Origin: an uncultured Bacteroidota bacterium
GTDB taxonomy: Bacteria > Bacteroidota > Bacteroidia > Flavobacteriales > Flavobacteriaceae
DNA: 64,000 nt
Assembly (NCBI GenBank): GCA_902559905.1
Contig: CACEJV010000001.1
Location: 52,495-116,494 of the forward strand
Reading direction: 5' to 3'
Shown: positions 56,426 to 64,000 of the stretch, piece by piece
How the letters are laid out: every line of letters starts with the position of its first letter
Numbering within the stretch: position 1 is the first letter of the stretch
Translations under genes and position numbers: made by a program
Notes under the pieces: model-generated
Seen by the model: the letters and a program-made list of their open reading frames with translations, nothing else
The model's database searches: none
Told to the model about the DNA's origin: nothing

Positions 56426-59400
56426 ATGAGCTTTGATAAATCTAAAATATCATTAAATGAAGCCACAAAAATTTTAAAATCTATATATAATTTAGATGGA
56501 GAAATCTCAATTCTTGATGGAGAGATTGACTTTAACTTCAAAGTAATATCAAATAATTCTAAAAAATATTTATTGAAAATATCTAGATCAAGTTTTGATC
56601 AAGAGTACATTGACTATCAAATCCTATTGTTAGATCATCTAAACAAAAACTCTAAAATCAAACTGCCTAAAATAGTTTTCTCAAGTAATAATAAAAAATC
56701 ATCTATTATTCAAGATAGTCATGGATTTAATAGGTCTGTAAGATTAATGAGCTGGATAGATGGTAGGTTATGGAGCTCAGTTAATCCAATAACAAAATCA
56801 TTAAGATATAACTTAGGATATTCATGTTCTGAATTATCAAAATCTCTGCAAGGTTTTAAACATTCTTATGCTGACAGAGAAATTGAGTGGGATATTGCAA
56901 AATCACTATGGGTAGAAAGTCATATAGATAAATTTGATGCTAGGAAACATAAGATCTTAAAAAAATTTATAAAAAATTTCAAAGAGAATCTTCATCTCTA
57001 CCATAAGCTTGAAAAATCGATTATTCACAACGATATTAATGATAATAATATTATTGTTACTAATGATTTTTTAAATCCAACGGTTAAATCGGTAATCGAT
57101 TTTGGTGACTCGGTATTTTCTCAAACTATTAATGATCTTGCAATCACTTGTTCATATGGTATAATGAATCTGAATGACCCTCTCTCTGGATGTATAGATA
57201 TATTAAAAGGATATAATAAAAATAGAAAGGTTAAAGACAATGAACTAAAGCTATTATATAATTTGATTGCTATGAGGCTGGTCATTTCTGTAACAAAATC
57301 ATCTATTAATAGATATAAAGAACCCGATAACAAATATCTTTTAATTAGTGAAAAATCTGCATGGAATCTTCTTTATAAATGGAGTGAAATTGATTCAGAG
57401 TTTGCATATTATTCATTTAGAAAAGCATGCTCATTAGATGCTCATCCTGATAAAAAGAAATTTCATAAGTGGGCTAAAAATAATAGCTTCTCAATTAAAG
57501 ATTTATTACCAGAAATAAATAAAACAAAATTTTATAATCTAGATTTAAGTATAGGTAGTAAATGGTTAGGTAGTAGAAATGAAATTGAGGATTTAGATTT
57601 TTTTCAATTTAAAGTTGAAAAACTACAAAAAAGTATACCGGATCATATTATTTCTGGTGGATATCTTGAACCAAGATCAATCTATTCTTCAAATTCATAT
57701 GAGAAAACTGGAAATGAGGGTGAGGAAAACAGAACTGTTCACTTAGGTTTAGACTTTTGGGTACCTGCAGGGACAAAAGTGAGTAGCATTTTTGATGGCG
57801 AAATATTAGCTGCGTTGAATGATGAAGGGAATAAAGAATATGGAGGACTAGTAATCATAAAACATAATGTTGAGGACTTTGAATTTTTTACACTATATGG
57901 GCATAACACAGTTGATAGCGTATTAAAAAATAAGATAGGCTCAAGAGTTAAGAGGGGAGAAATAATTGCTGAGGTAGCAAATTACCCTGAGAATGGAAAT
58001 TGGGCACCTCATCTTCATTTCCAAATTATGCTCTCTATGTTAAATTTTAAAGTTGATTATCCAGGTGTATGTTATTCAACACAAGAAGATGTTTGGAAAG
58101 ATATATGTCCAGATCCTAACACCATATTTAAGAATAAAGGATTGATCTCATTAAAGAATAAGACTAATAGTGAAATAATAGATTATAGAAAAAAACATAT
58201 TGGAAAGAGTCTTAAACTTCATTACGATATACCAATTAAGATAGTTCGTGGAGAAGGAGTTTATTTAATTGATCATAAAGGCAAGAAATATTTAGATACC
58301 GTAAATAATGTCGCTCATGTTGGACATGAAAATGAAGAAGTAGTAAGTGTAGGAAAAAGTCAAATGTCAGTTCTTAATACTAACTCAAGATACTTACATG
58401 AAAATATTAACCACCTTACAAAAGAAATACTTAACACCTTACCTGATGAGTTAAATGTTGTTCATTATGTTAACTCAGGGAGTGAAGCTAACGAACTTGC
58501 AATAAGGATGATGAAAGCTCATACAGGCAATGTCGATATAATAGTATCTCAGCATGGTTATCATGGAAACACTAATACATGTGTTGATATTTCATCATAT
58601 AAATTTGATGGAAAAGGTGGTAGTGGAGCACCTAAAAATACTCATGTGATTCCTATTCCAAACAATTTTAAGGGAAAATACAAAGGAGATAAAAAAGACG
58701 ATAAATATGTTGATGAGGTTAAAAAACAAATAAAAAAAATTAAACAGAAGAATAAAGGGCTTGGTGGATTTATTATTGAACCAATTATAAGTTGTGGAGG
58801 TCAAGTTGAATTACCGAATGGATTTTTAAAAAAAGCATACAAAGAAGTTAGGAAAAATGGAGGTGTCTGTATATCAGATGAAGTTCAGGTAGGATGTGGA
58901 AGAATGGGTAAAACATTCTGGGGTTTTCAAATGCACAACGTTATCCCTGATATTATTACAATAGGAAAACCCATTGGAAATGGCCACCCAGTTGGAGTTG
59001 TTGTCTGCACTAAAGAAATTGCAGAGAGTTTTGCAAATGGAATGGAATTTTTTAACACATTTGGGGGGAATCCAGTTTCATGTTCAATCGCCCTAGAAGT
59101 TCTCAAAACTGTTAAGAAAAATAATCTTCAAAAAAATGCTAAAGTTGTTGGGAATTATTTTAAAAAAGAACTAAAAAAACTGGTAAAAGAAAACAGAATT
59201 ATTGCAGATGTAAGAGGTCAAGGACTCTTCTTAGGTATTGAATTTCTTGATGATAATGATAGACCATTAAATGAGAAAGCTCACTATATTATAAACAGGT
59301 TAAGGGATTTTGGAATCCTTTCTAGTATTGACGGGCCGTTTAATAATGTAATTAAGATTAAACCTCCTTTGACATTTAGTAAATCTAATTGTGATTTATT

Positions 59401-59452
59401 TATAAAATATTTTAAAGAAATCTTGAAGGAAGACTTTATTGCAAAATATTAA
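56426..59452 (+). CDS. three-domain fusion: aminoglycoside/hydroxylysine-kinase-like phosphotransferase + M23 peptidase-like domain + class-III PLP aminotransferase-fold (AGXT2L-type phospho-lyase-like) domain
   Basis: The kinase part has IIHNDINDNNIIV and VIDFGDS. The M23 part has HLGLDFWVPAGTKV and APHLHFQI. The PLP part has NSGSEANELAIRM, DEVQVGCGRMGKTFWGFQ and TIGKPIGNGHPVGVVV. It is a single uninterrupted 1008-aa ORF. Confidence 0.85.
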   Translation: MSFDKSKISLNEATKILKSIYNLDGEISILDGEIDFNFKVISNNSKKYLLKISRSSFDQEYIDYQILLLDHLNKNSKIKLPKIVFSSNNKKSSIIQDSHGFNRSVRLMSWIDGRLWSSVNPITKSLRYNLGYSCSELSKSLQGFKHSYADREIEWDIAKSLWVESHIDKFDARKHKILKKFIKNFKENLHLYHKLEKSIIHNDINDNNIIVTNDFLNPTVKSVIDFGDSVFSQTINDLAITCSYGIMNLNDPLSGCIDILKGYNKNRKVKDNELKLLYNLIAMRLVISVTKSSINRYKEPDNKYLLISEKSAWNLLYKWSEIDSEFAYYSFRKACSLDAHPDKKKFHKWAKNNSFSIKDLLPEINKTKFYNLDLSIGSKWLGSRNEIEDLDFFQFKVEKLQKSIPDHIISGGYLEPRSIYSSNSYEKTGNEGEENRTVHLGLDFWVPAGTKVSSIFDGEILAALNDEGNKEYGGLVIIKHNVEDFEFFTLYGHNTVDSVLKNKIGSRVKRGEIIAEVANYPENGNWAPHLHFQIMLSMLNFKVDYPGVCYSTQEDVWKDICPDPNTIFKNKGLISLKNKTNSEIIDYRKKHIGKSLKLHYDIPIKIVRGEGVYLIDHKGKKYLDTVNNVAHVGHENEEVVSVGKSQMSVLNTNSRYLHENINHLTKEILNTLPDELNVVHYVNSGSEANELAIRMMKAHTGNVDIIVSQHGYHGNTNTCVDISSYKFDGKGGSGAPKNTHVIPIPNNFKGKYKGDKKDDKYVDEVKKQIKKIKQKNKGLGGFIIEPIISCGGQVELPNGFLKKAYKEVRKNGGVCISDEVQVGCGRMGKTFWGFQMHNVIPDIITIGKPIGNGHPVGVVVCTKEIAESFANGMEFFNTFGGNPVSCSIALEVLKTVKKNNLQKNAKVVGNYFKKELKKLVKENRIIADVRGQGLFLGIEFLDDNDRPLNEKAHYIINRLRDFGILSSIDGPFNNVIKIKPPLTFSKSNCDLFIKYFKEILKEDFIAKY

Positions 59453-59542
59453 TTAACGAGACCAGGAAGAAATAGTTGTTAAGAATATCCTAAACCAGAT
59501 TCGATTGGGTTTTTATGACCTATGAATATTTATATTTATTAA

Positions 59543-60112
59543 ATGATTAATACGATGTCAAAATTTAATTTTTTAATTGCATTTATATTTTTAAACTCAT
59601 CAATGGTTTTTTCACAGAAATATGAAACACAGGAGTATCAAGTAGTAGAACAAATTGATAATGCTGAAATAAGATTTTATCCTAGTGCTGCTATGGTCAA
59701 GATATCTGCTGATCAGAATAGAAATAACAATTTTGGTAAACTCTTTAGATATATTGCTGGTAACAATCAAGAGAATGAAGAGATTGCTATGACTACTCCT
59801 GTATATATGTCTGATCAAAATAAAACTATGGAGTTTGTTCTTCCAAAAAAATATTTAACAGAAGACCTTCCTATTCCAAATGATACAGACCTTGAAGCCT
59901 ATATTTCTAATCCAAGATATTTTGCAGCAATTAGATATTCAGGATACTCAAATCCTAATAAAATTCTGAAACATAGAAATGAACTCAAATCTATTCTTGA
60001 AAATAATGGACTTGAGATAATTAGTGACTTCTATGTACTTTCATACGATGCTCCAACGAAGTTCTACAACAGAAGAAACGAAATATTATTTGAAATTAGT
60101 TATAAAGATTAA
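59543..60112 (+). CDS. SOUL/HBP-family heme-binding-like protein, secreted
   Basis: Signal peptide. YETQEYQVVE..DNAEIRFYPS ... FGKLFRYIAGNNQENEEIAMTTPV fits the SOUL pattern. Confidence 0.72.
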   Translation: MINTMSKFNFLIAFIFLNSSMVFSQKYETQEYQVVEQIDNAEIRFYPSAAMVKISADQNRNNNFGKLFRYIAGNNQENEEIAMTTPVYMSDQNKTMEFVLPKKYLTEDLPIPNDTDLEAYISNPRYFAAIRYSGYSNPNKILKHRNELKSILENNGLEIISDFYVLSYDAPTKFYNRRNEILFEISYKD

Positions 60113-60248
60113 ATCTTAATTTTTATAAGATTCCAAAAAAAGAACTGCTCAAATTTAATTTTTCTAAAAATTTCTTATTGTAAAATATTATTTTAATAAA
60201 AATGGAATCTTTTCAAAAAAAATAAGTTTTTATAATAGTGGTATAATA

Positions 60249-60256
60249 TAGATTTG
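60249..60256 (+). promoter_or_regulatory. candidate -7 promoter box (TAGATTTG) for the porin-glnK-amtB unit
   Basis: Lies 24 nt upstream of the ATG at 60280. Confidence 0.4.
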
Positions 60257-60279
60257 ATTTTTTAATCAAAAATATAATT

Positions 60280-60951
60280 ATGAAATTATTTAAATTAAAC
60301 TTTTCTAATACAATAAGAACTGGAATTTTAACTACGATTGCAATATTATCTAGCAATATTTCATTTTCTCAAGATTTTGGAGCAGATGTAGTAAGTTCTT
60401 ACGTTTGGAGAGGTACTCAGTTTGGATCAGGAGCTCACATTCAACCATATATGACTCTTGGTTCTGGAAATTTAGAAGCTGGTGTTTGGGGAAGTTTCCC
60501 TACTACAGCTAACGGTGGTGGTAATGAATTAGATGCTTACTTAAGCTATGATTTTGGACCATTTGCACTTACAGTTACTAACTATACTTTCCCAGTTGAA
60601 GGTGGACTATATGACAGCGATGGTTATGGTTTTTTTGAAGGAGACTATACAGAAATTAGTGGATCAACATCTATTGGTGGTGTAGATTTACTCGCAGGAT
60701 ACTTTACTGATTTAGAAGCTTTATATGTGGAGCTAGCTTTTGGAGCTGGTCCAGTTGATATTGCAATTGGTTATGGTGATGATCAAGGAGATGCATGGTA
60801 TGCTAATGGAGGAAGTGGAATTGTAAATATGTCTTTTAGTGGATCTAAAGAAATACAAATTTCTGACTCATTTGCACTTCCTGTGTTTGGATCATTCATC
60901 CTGAATCCTGATGCTGAAGCAGCATTTTTAGTATTTGGAGTTAGTTTTTAA
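60280..60951 (+). CDS. putative small outer-membrane porin linked to ammonium uptake
   Basis: Signal peptide, Gly/aromatic-rich alternating strands, terminal VFGVSF. It lies immediately upstream of glnK-amtB. Confidence 0.55.
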   Translation: MKLFKLNFSNTIRTGILTTIAILSSNISFSQDFGADVVSSYVWRGTQFGSGAHIQPYMTLGSGNLEAGVWGSFPTTANGGGNELDAYLSYDFGPFALTVTNYTFPVEGGLYDSDGYGFFEGDYTEISGSTSIGGVDLLAGYFTDLEALYVELAFGAGPVDIAIGYGDDQGDAWYANGGSGIVNMSFSGSKEIQISDSFALPVFGSFILNPDAEAAFLVFGVSF

Positions 60952-60963
60952 ACTCAAACCGTT

Positions 60964-61302
60964 ATGAAAAAAATAGAAGCAATTATTAGAAAGTCAAAAT
61001 TTGACGAGGTAGTTAAAGCTTTGCATGATGCAGAGGTTTATTTTTTCAGCTATTGGGATGTAACCGGAGTTGGAAATGAGAAGATAGGAAAAGTATACAG
61101 AGGTATTACTTATAGCACTAAAGATATCCAAAGAAGATATTTATCAATTGTTGTGTCCGATACATTCGTTGATGCTACAGTTGATGCTATAATCAAATCG
61201 GGAGCTACAGGTAATGTTGGTGATGGTAAGATCTTCATACTTCCATGTGAAGAATCTTACAGAATAAGAACGGGTGAAAAAGGAAATAAATCATTTAATT
61301 AA
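60964..61302 (+). CDS. glnK: P-II nitrogen regulatory protein
   Basis: MKKIEAIIRKSKFDEVVKALHD, a T-loop region YRGITYSTKD, and GDGKIFILP. Confidence 0.92.
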   Translation: MKKIEAIIRKSKFDEVVKALHDAEVYFFSYWDVTGVGNEKIGKVYRGITYSTKDIQRRYLSIVVSDTFVDATVDAIIKSGATGNVGDGKIFILPCEESYRIRTGEKGNKSFN

Positions 61303-61307
61303 AAATT

Positions 61308-62549
61308 ATGGAACTATTAACAACAAATAATGTTTGGATGATGCTGTGTGCAGCATTAGTATTTTTTATGCATCTTGGGTTCTCTTTTTTAGAAATTGGA
61401 CTTACAAGACAAAAAAACACAATAAATATTTTATTCAAAAACTTCTTTATAATAACTATGGGGCTGATATCTTATTGTTTTATTGGCTTTAATTTAATGT
61501 ACCCAGGAGATTTTAATATTTTAGGAGCATTTGGTGGTGTACTTGGATTTGCTGGGGCTGGTTTAGATGCAGCTGCAGCTGCAGATCTTTCATATAGTGA
61601 AGGTTATACTTATTGGACTGACTTCTTATTTCAAGGAATGTTTGCAGCAACAGCCGGAACAATAATTTCCGGAGCAGTTGCGGAGAGAATAAAAATTAAT
61701 TCGTTTATGCTAATTGTATTATTATATGTCACCATTGTTTATCCAATTGTAGGATCATGGCAGTGGGGATCTGGCTTTCTTTCTACTTTTACAGATGAAG
61801 TAGGATTTTATGATTTTGCTGGATCAACATTGGTTCATTCTGTAGGTGGATGGGGAGCATTAGTCATTATATATCTTTTAGGAGCGAGAAAAGGAAAATT
61901 TGATAGTAATGGAAAAGCATTAGCTATTCCAGGTTCTAATATACCATTATCAGCAGCTGGAGTTCTTATACTTTGGTTGGGATGGTTTGGATTTAACGGA
62001 GGATCGGTATTATCTGCTGATCCAGCAAATACCTCTCTTGTTCTTGTAACAACATGCCTTGCGGCAGCAGCTGGAGGACTTGGTGCAGCATTATTTTCTG
62101 GATTTTTATATAAAAATCTTGATTTGACAATGTTTATGAACGGTGTACTTGGAGGTTTAGTTGGAATAACAGCTGGTGCAGACCAGATGGGACCAACTGA
62201 AGCAATAATAATTGGAGCAATTGGAGGTATAATTGTAGTTTTAGGTGTTGCATTATTAGATAAATGTAAGCTTGATGACCCAGTAGGTGCAATACCTGTC
62301 CACTTATTCGCTGGAATCTGGGGAACTTTAGCTGTAGGTATATTTGGAGCATCTGCTAGTTTCGATCAATTTATGGTTCAACTTGCAAGTGTTGGAATTG
62401 TAGGAGCTTTTTGTGTAATCTGTACTGCTATAATTGCTCTTGCAGTAAAATCAATAATGGGACTAAGAGTTTCAGATGAGGAGGAGACACAAGGTTTAGA
62501 TATATCAGAACATGGTTCTGGTGCCTATGCAGATTTTTCAATGAGATAA
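61308..62549 (+). CDS. amtB: ammonium transporter
   Basis: Amt signature blocks DFAGSTLVHSVGGWGAL, WFGFNGGS and IPVHLFAGIWGTLAVGIF. Size is 413 aa. Confidence 0.95.
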   Translation: MELLTTNNVWMMLCAALVFFMHLGFSFLEIGLTRQKNTINILFKNFFIITMGLISYCFIGFNLMYPGDFNILGAFGGVLGFAGAGLDAAAAADLSYSEGYTYWTDFLFQGMFAATAGTIISGAVAERIKINSFMLIVLLYVTIVYPIVGSWQWGSGFLSTFTDEVGFYDFAGSTLVHSVGGWGALVIIYLLGARKGKFDSNGKALAIPGSNIPLSAAGVLILWLGWFGFNGGSVLSADPANTSLVLVTTCLAAAAGGLGAALFSGFLYKNLDLTMFMNGVLGGLVGITAGADQMGPTEAIIIGAIGGIIVVLGVALLDKCKLDDPVGAIPVHLFAGIWGTLAVGIFGASASFDQFMVQLASVGIVGAFCVICTAIIALAVKSIMGLRVSDEEETQGLDISEHGSGAYADFSMR

Positions 62550-62573
62550 TACTTCTATTATTTTCATTTCTAA

Positions 62574-62599
62574 AAGGAGATCATTTGATCTCCTTTTTT
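62574..62599 (+). terminator. intrinsic terminator after amtB
   Basis: Perfect 9-bp stem AAGGAGATC-ATTT-GATCTCCTT followed by a T-run. Confidence 0.8.
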
Positions 62600-62649
62600 G
62601 ATTTATATAAATATTAAATAAACCATTTATAATATATTAGATTATAATT

Positions 62650-64000
62650 ATGAAGAAAGTAGTTATTATTGGTAGTGGAATTAATGGACTAGTTGCTGCA
62701 AATTATCTTGCAAAAAATGGATACCAAGTTGAGATTATTGAAAAAAAGACATTTACTGGAGGTGCATGTATAAAAGATACTGTCTCAATAGATAATAAAA
62801 AAGTTGATTTTGCATACGGAGCAACTGTTTTAGGTATGATGCCTGATTTTATATTTAATGAAACTGGTCTTAGCAAAAAAATTCATGCTTACTGCCCAAA
62901 AAATCCAAAGCTTGTATATTTTAACGGTGAGGAAACTTCTACAAAAATATATCAAGATAATGACAGACTTGAAAAAGAACTTAAACATAAATGGGGAGAG
63001 ACCGGAAAGGTTAATGAATTTAGAAATGATGAAAATAAAGTAGTTGAGTTTATTCAAAAATTATATAAAAACGCAACAAGCCCCTCAATCGAGTTAGCAA
63101 ATCAATTTTTAGGAAAAGAGCTTACTAGTCTTTGGATTAGTGGTACAGCTAAAGATCTTTTAGATCATTACTTTTCTTCTGAAAAAGCAAAACTTTATAT
63201 GGGCATGACAGTAATTGAAAGTGGACCTGCTTCAATTTATGACCCAGGAACAGCATTTACAATTCCTTTGATGGATTCAGGATCAATATTTGATGGATAC
63301 TGGGGGTTTGTAAAGACAGGAATATGGAAGATTACTGAGAACTTAACTGAAATAAATAAAGAACTTGGGGTTAAATTTTATTTAGAATCAAACATAAAAG
63401 AAGTTGATAGCACTAAGCAATCTATTTTATTTTCTAAAAACAATAAAGACACTAAATTAAATTACGATCATCTAATTTTTGCCACGGATCCTATAACTCC
63501 TTCAAAACTTATTAAAGACTTTGAAAATCAGAATAGTTTGGATTTAATCGGAACTAGCGGAAAAGTAACAGCTTTTTTTAAAAATCCTGTAAGATGGAAA
63601 GATGCAAATAATTATTCTGATTCTTTTAGATTTATTTTTTCAGTTAACTCACTTGAAGATTTTGAAAATGCGAGTCAAAAAGCTTTAAAAAATAATGGTG
63701 ATTACTTTCCTGGATTTATTCAAATTTATCCTGAGGGAAGTGCTCAAAGAAATATGGATAATCATGAAGATTATGATAAATTAATTTTCTTTACTAAAAA
63801 TCTTAGTTTTGATAAAAAAGCAGATAATGTATCTGATATAAAAGATAGAATTATTTCAAAAGTAATTCCTCACATTGAAAATCCTGAAGATATTGTTTTT
63901 TCAAAATTTTTGACTCCTATGGACTTGAATGAAACTTTTCTTTTTCCAAAAGGAAATATTGATCACATAACATTAACTGGAAATCAGAATTATGAAAAAA
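62650..64000 (+). CDS. FAD/NAD(P)-dependent oxidoreductase, phytoene-desaturase (CrtI)/amine-oxidase-like; runs off the right edge
   Basis: Not in the ORF track because there is no stop in the window. It starts MKKVVIIGSGINGLVAANYLAKNGYQVEIIEKKTFTGGAC (a GxGxxG dinucleotide fold plus E and GG) and stays open for 450 codons to the window end. Confidence 0.8.
   Translation, partial: MKKVVIIGSGINGLVAANYLAKNGYQVEIIEKKTFTGGACIKDTVSIDNKKVDFAYGATVLGMMPDFIFNETGLSKKIHAYCPKNPKLVYFNGEETSTKIYQDNDRLEKELKHKWGETGKVNEFRNDENKVVEFIQKLYKNATSPSIELANQFLGKELTSLWISGTAKDLLDHYFSSEKAKLYMGMTVIESGPASIYDPGTAFTIPLMDSGSIFDGYWGFVKTGIWKITENLTEINKELGVKFYLESNIKEVDSTKQSILFSKNNKDTKLNYDHLIFATDPITPSKLIKDFENQNSLDLIGTSGKVTAFFKNPVRWKDANNYSDSFRFIFSVNSLEDFENASQKALKNNGDYFPGFIQIYPEGSAQRNMDNHEDYDKLIFFTKNLSFDKKADNVSDIKDRIISKVIPHIENPEDIVFSKFLTPMDLNETFLFPKGNIDHITLTGNQNYEK

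Noticed and set aside
57650-58100. Whether the M23-like segment of the 1008-aa ORF marks a gene fusion artefact or frameshift
   Set aside because: The reading frame is uninterrupted on both sides, with no stop or frame change, so I treat it as a genuine single ORF.
2101-62352. Many short ORF-track entries nested inside or antisense to longer genes. They are 2101-2307, 5895-6125, 6681-6938, 8005-8214, 15174-15449, 15337-15525, 18803-18994, 19008-19190, 20801-21022, 24457-24696, 24786-24971, 25081-25305, 26766-26948, 27303-27506, 28560-28790, 37090-37332, 37391-37588, 41936-42121, 47638-47820, 47887-48087, 48931-49137, 54034-54222, 55024-55224, 55600-55815, 57121-57333, 58595-58804, 59612-59818, 62134-62352, 62830-63057 and 62858-63043.
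   Set aside because: These are shadow ORFs. Each overlaps a longer ORF with clear family motifs, has low-complexity or odd composition, and has no independent signal.
1-64000. Scan for CRISPR arrays, IS elements or transposases, rRNA, prophage genes, restriction-modification and known defence gene signatures
   Set aside because: None were recognised. The only reiterated DNA is the in-frame coding repeats of the His-rich and Met-rich proteins and short operator-like repeats.

Overview
This is a strongly AT-rich chromosomal segment with the hallmarks of a marine Flavobacteriia/Bacteroidota genome. It has many TonB-dependent receptors. Several lipoproteins carry acidic K-D-D-type residues right after the lipobox Cys. 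Shine-Dalgarno sequences are absent, and the Bacteroidota -7 promoter box TAnnTTTG recurs just upstream of many genes.

Gene content is mostly housekeeping:
- nrdBA plus dCMP deaminase
- glyQS and xth
- sdhCAB
- pepP, rseP, an SCO protein, trmH and csp
- one tRNA-Asn
- a porin-glnK-amtB unit

These are interleaved with nutrient-acquisition and small catabolic modules.

I see no CRISPR array, transposase, integrase, prophage, restriction-modification, toxin-antitoxin or recognisable defence system.

The parts most worth a second look are:
1. A metal-uptake operon (32449-35209). Its TonB-dependent receptor carries two long, almost pure His/Asp/Glu inserts built partly from 27-bp tandem repeats. 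It is preceded by an unannotated 43-aa His/Asp-rich lipoprotein.
2. A small beta-barrel outer-membrane protein with Met/Asp-repeat and MDHSKM-type Met/His motifs, a candidate copper protein (41749-42506).
3. An Fe3+ ABC / TonB receptor / HmuY-like locus (4697-15141) whose divergent control region holds three copies of a TTTAGAA-N3-TTCTAAA palindrome.
4. An isolated G+C-rich, hairpin-dense about 75-nt element followed by a 40-codon ORF (38755-38995) that I could not assign to any RNA family.
5. A 1008-aa kinase-M23-aminotransferase (phospho-lyase-like) fusion near an aldo-keto reductase-RidA fusion and an APC permease (51364-59452).

All functional calls come from reading motifs in the translations. 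No database search was run.
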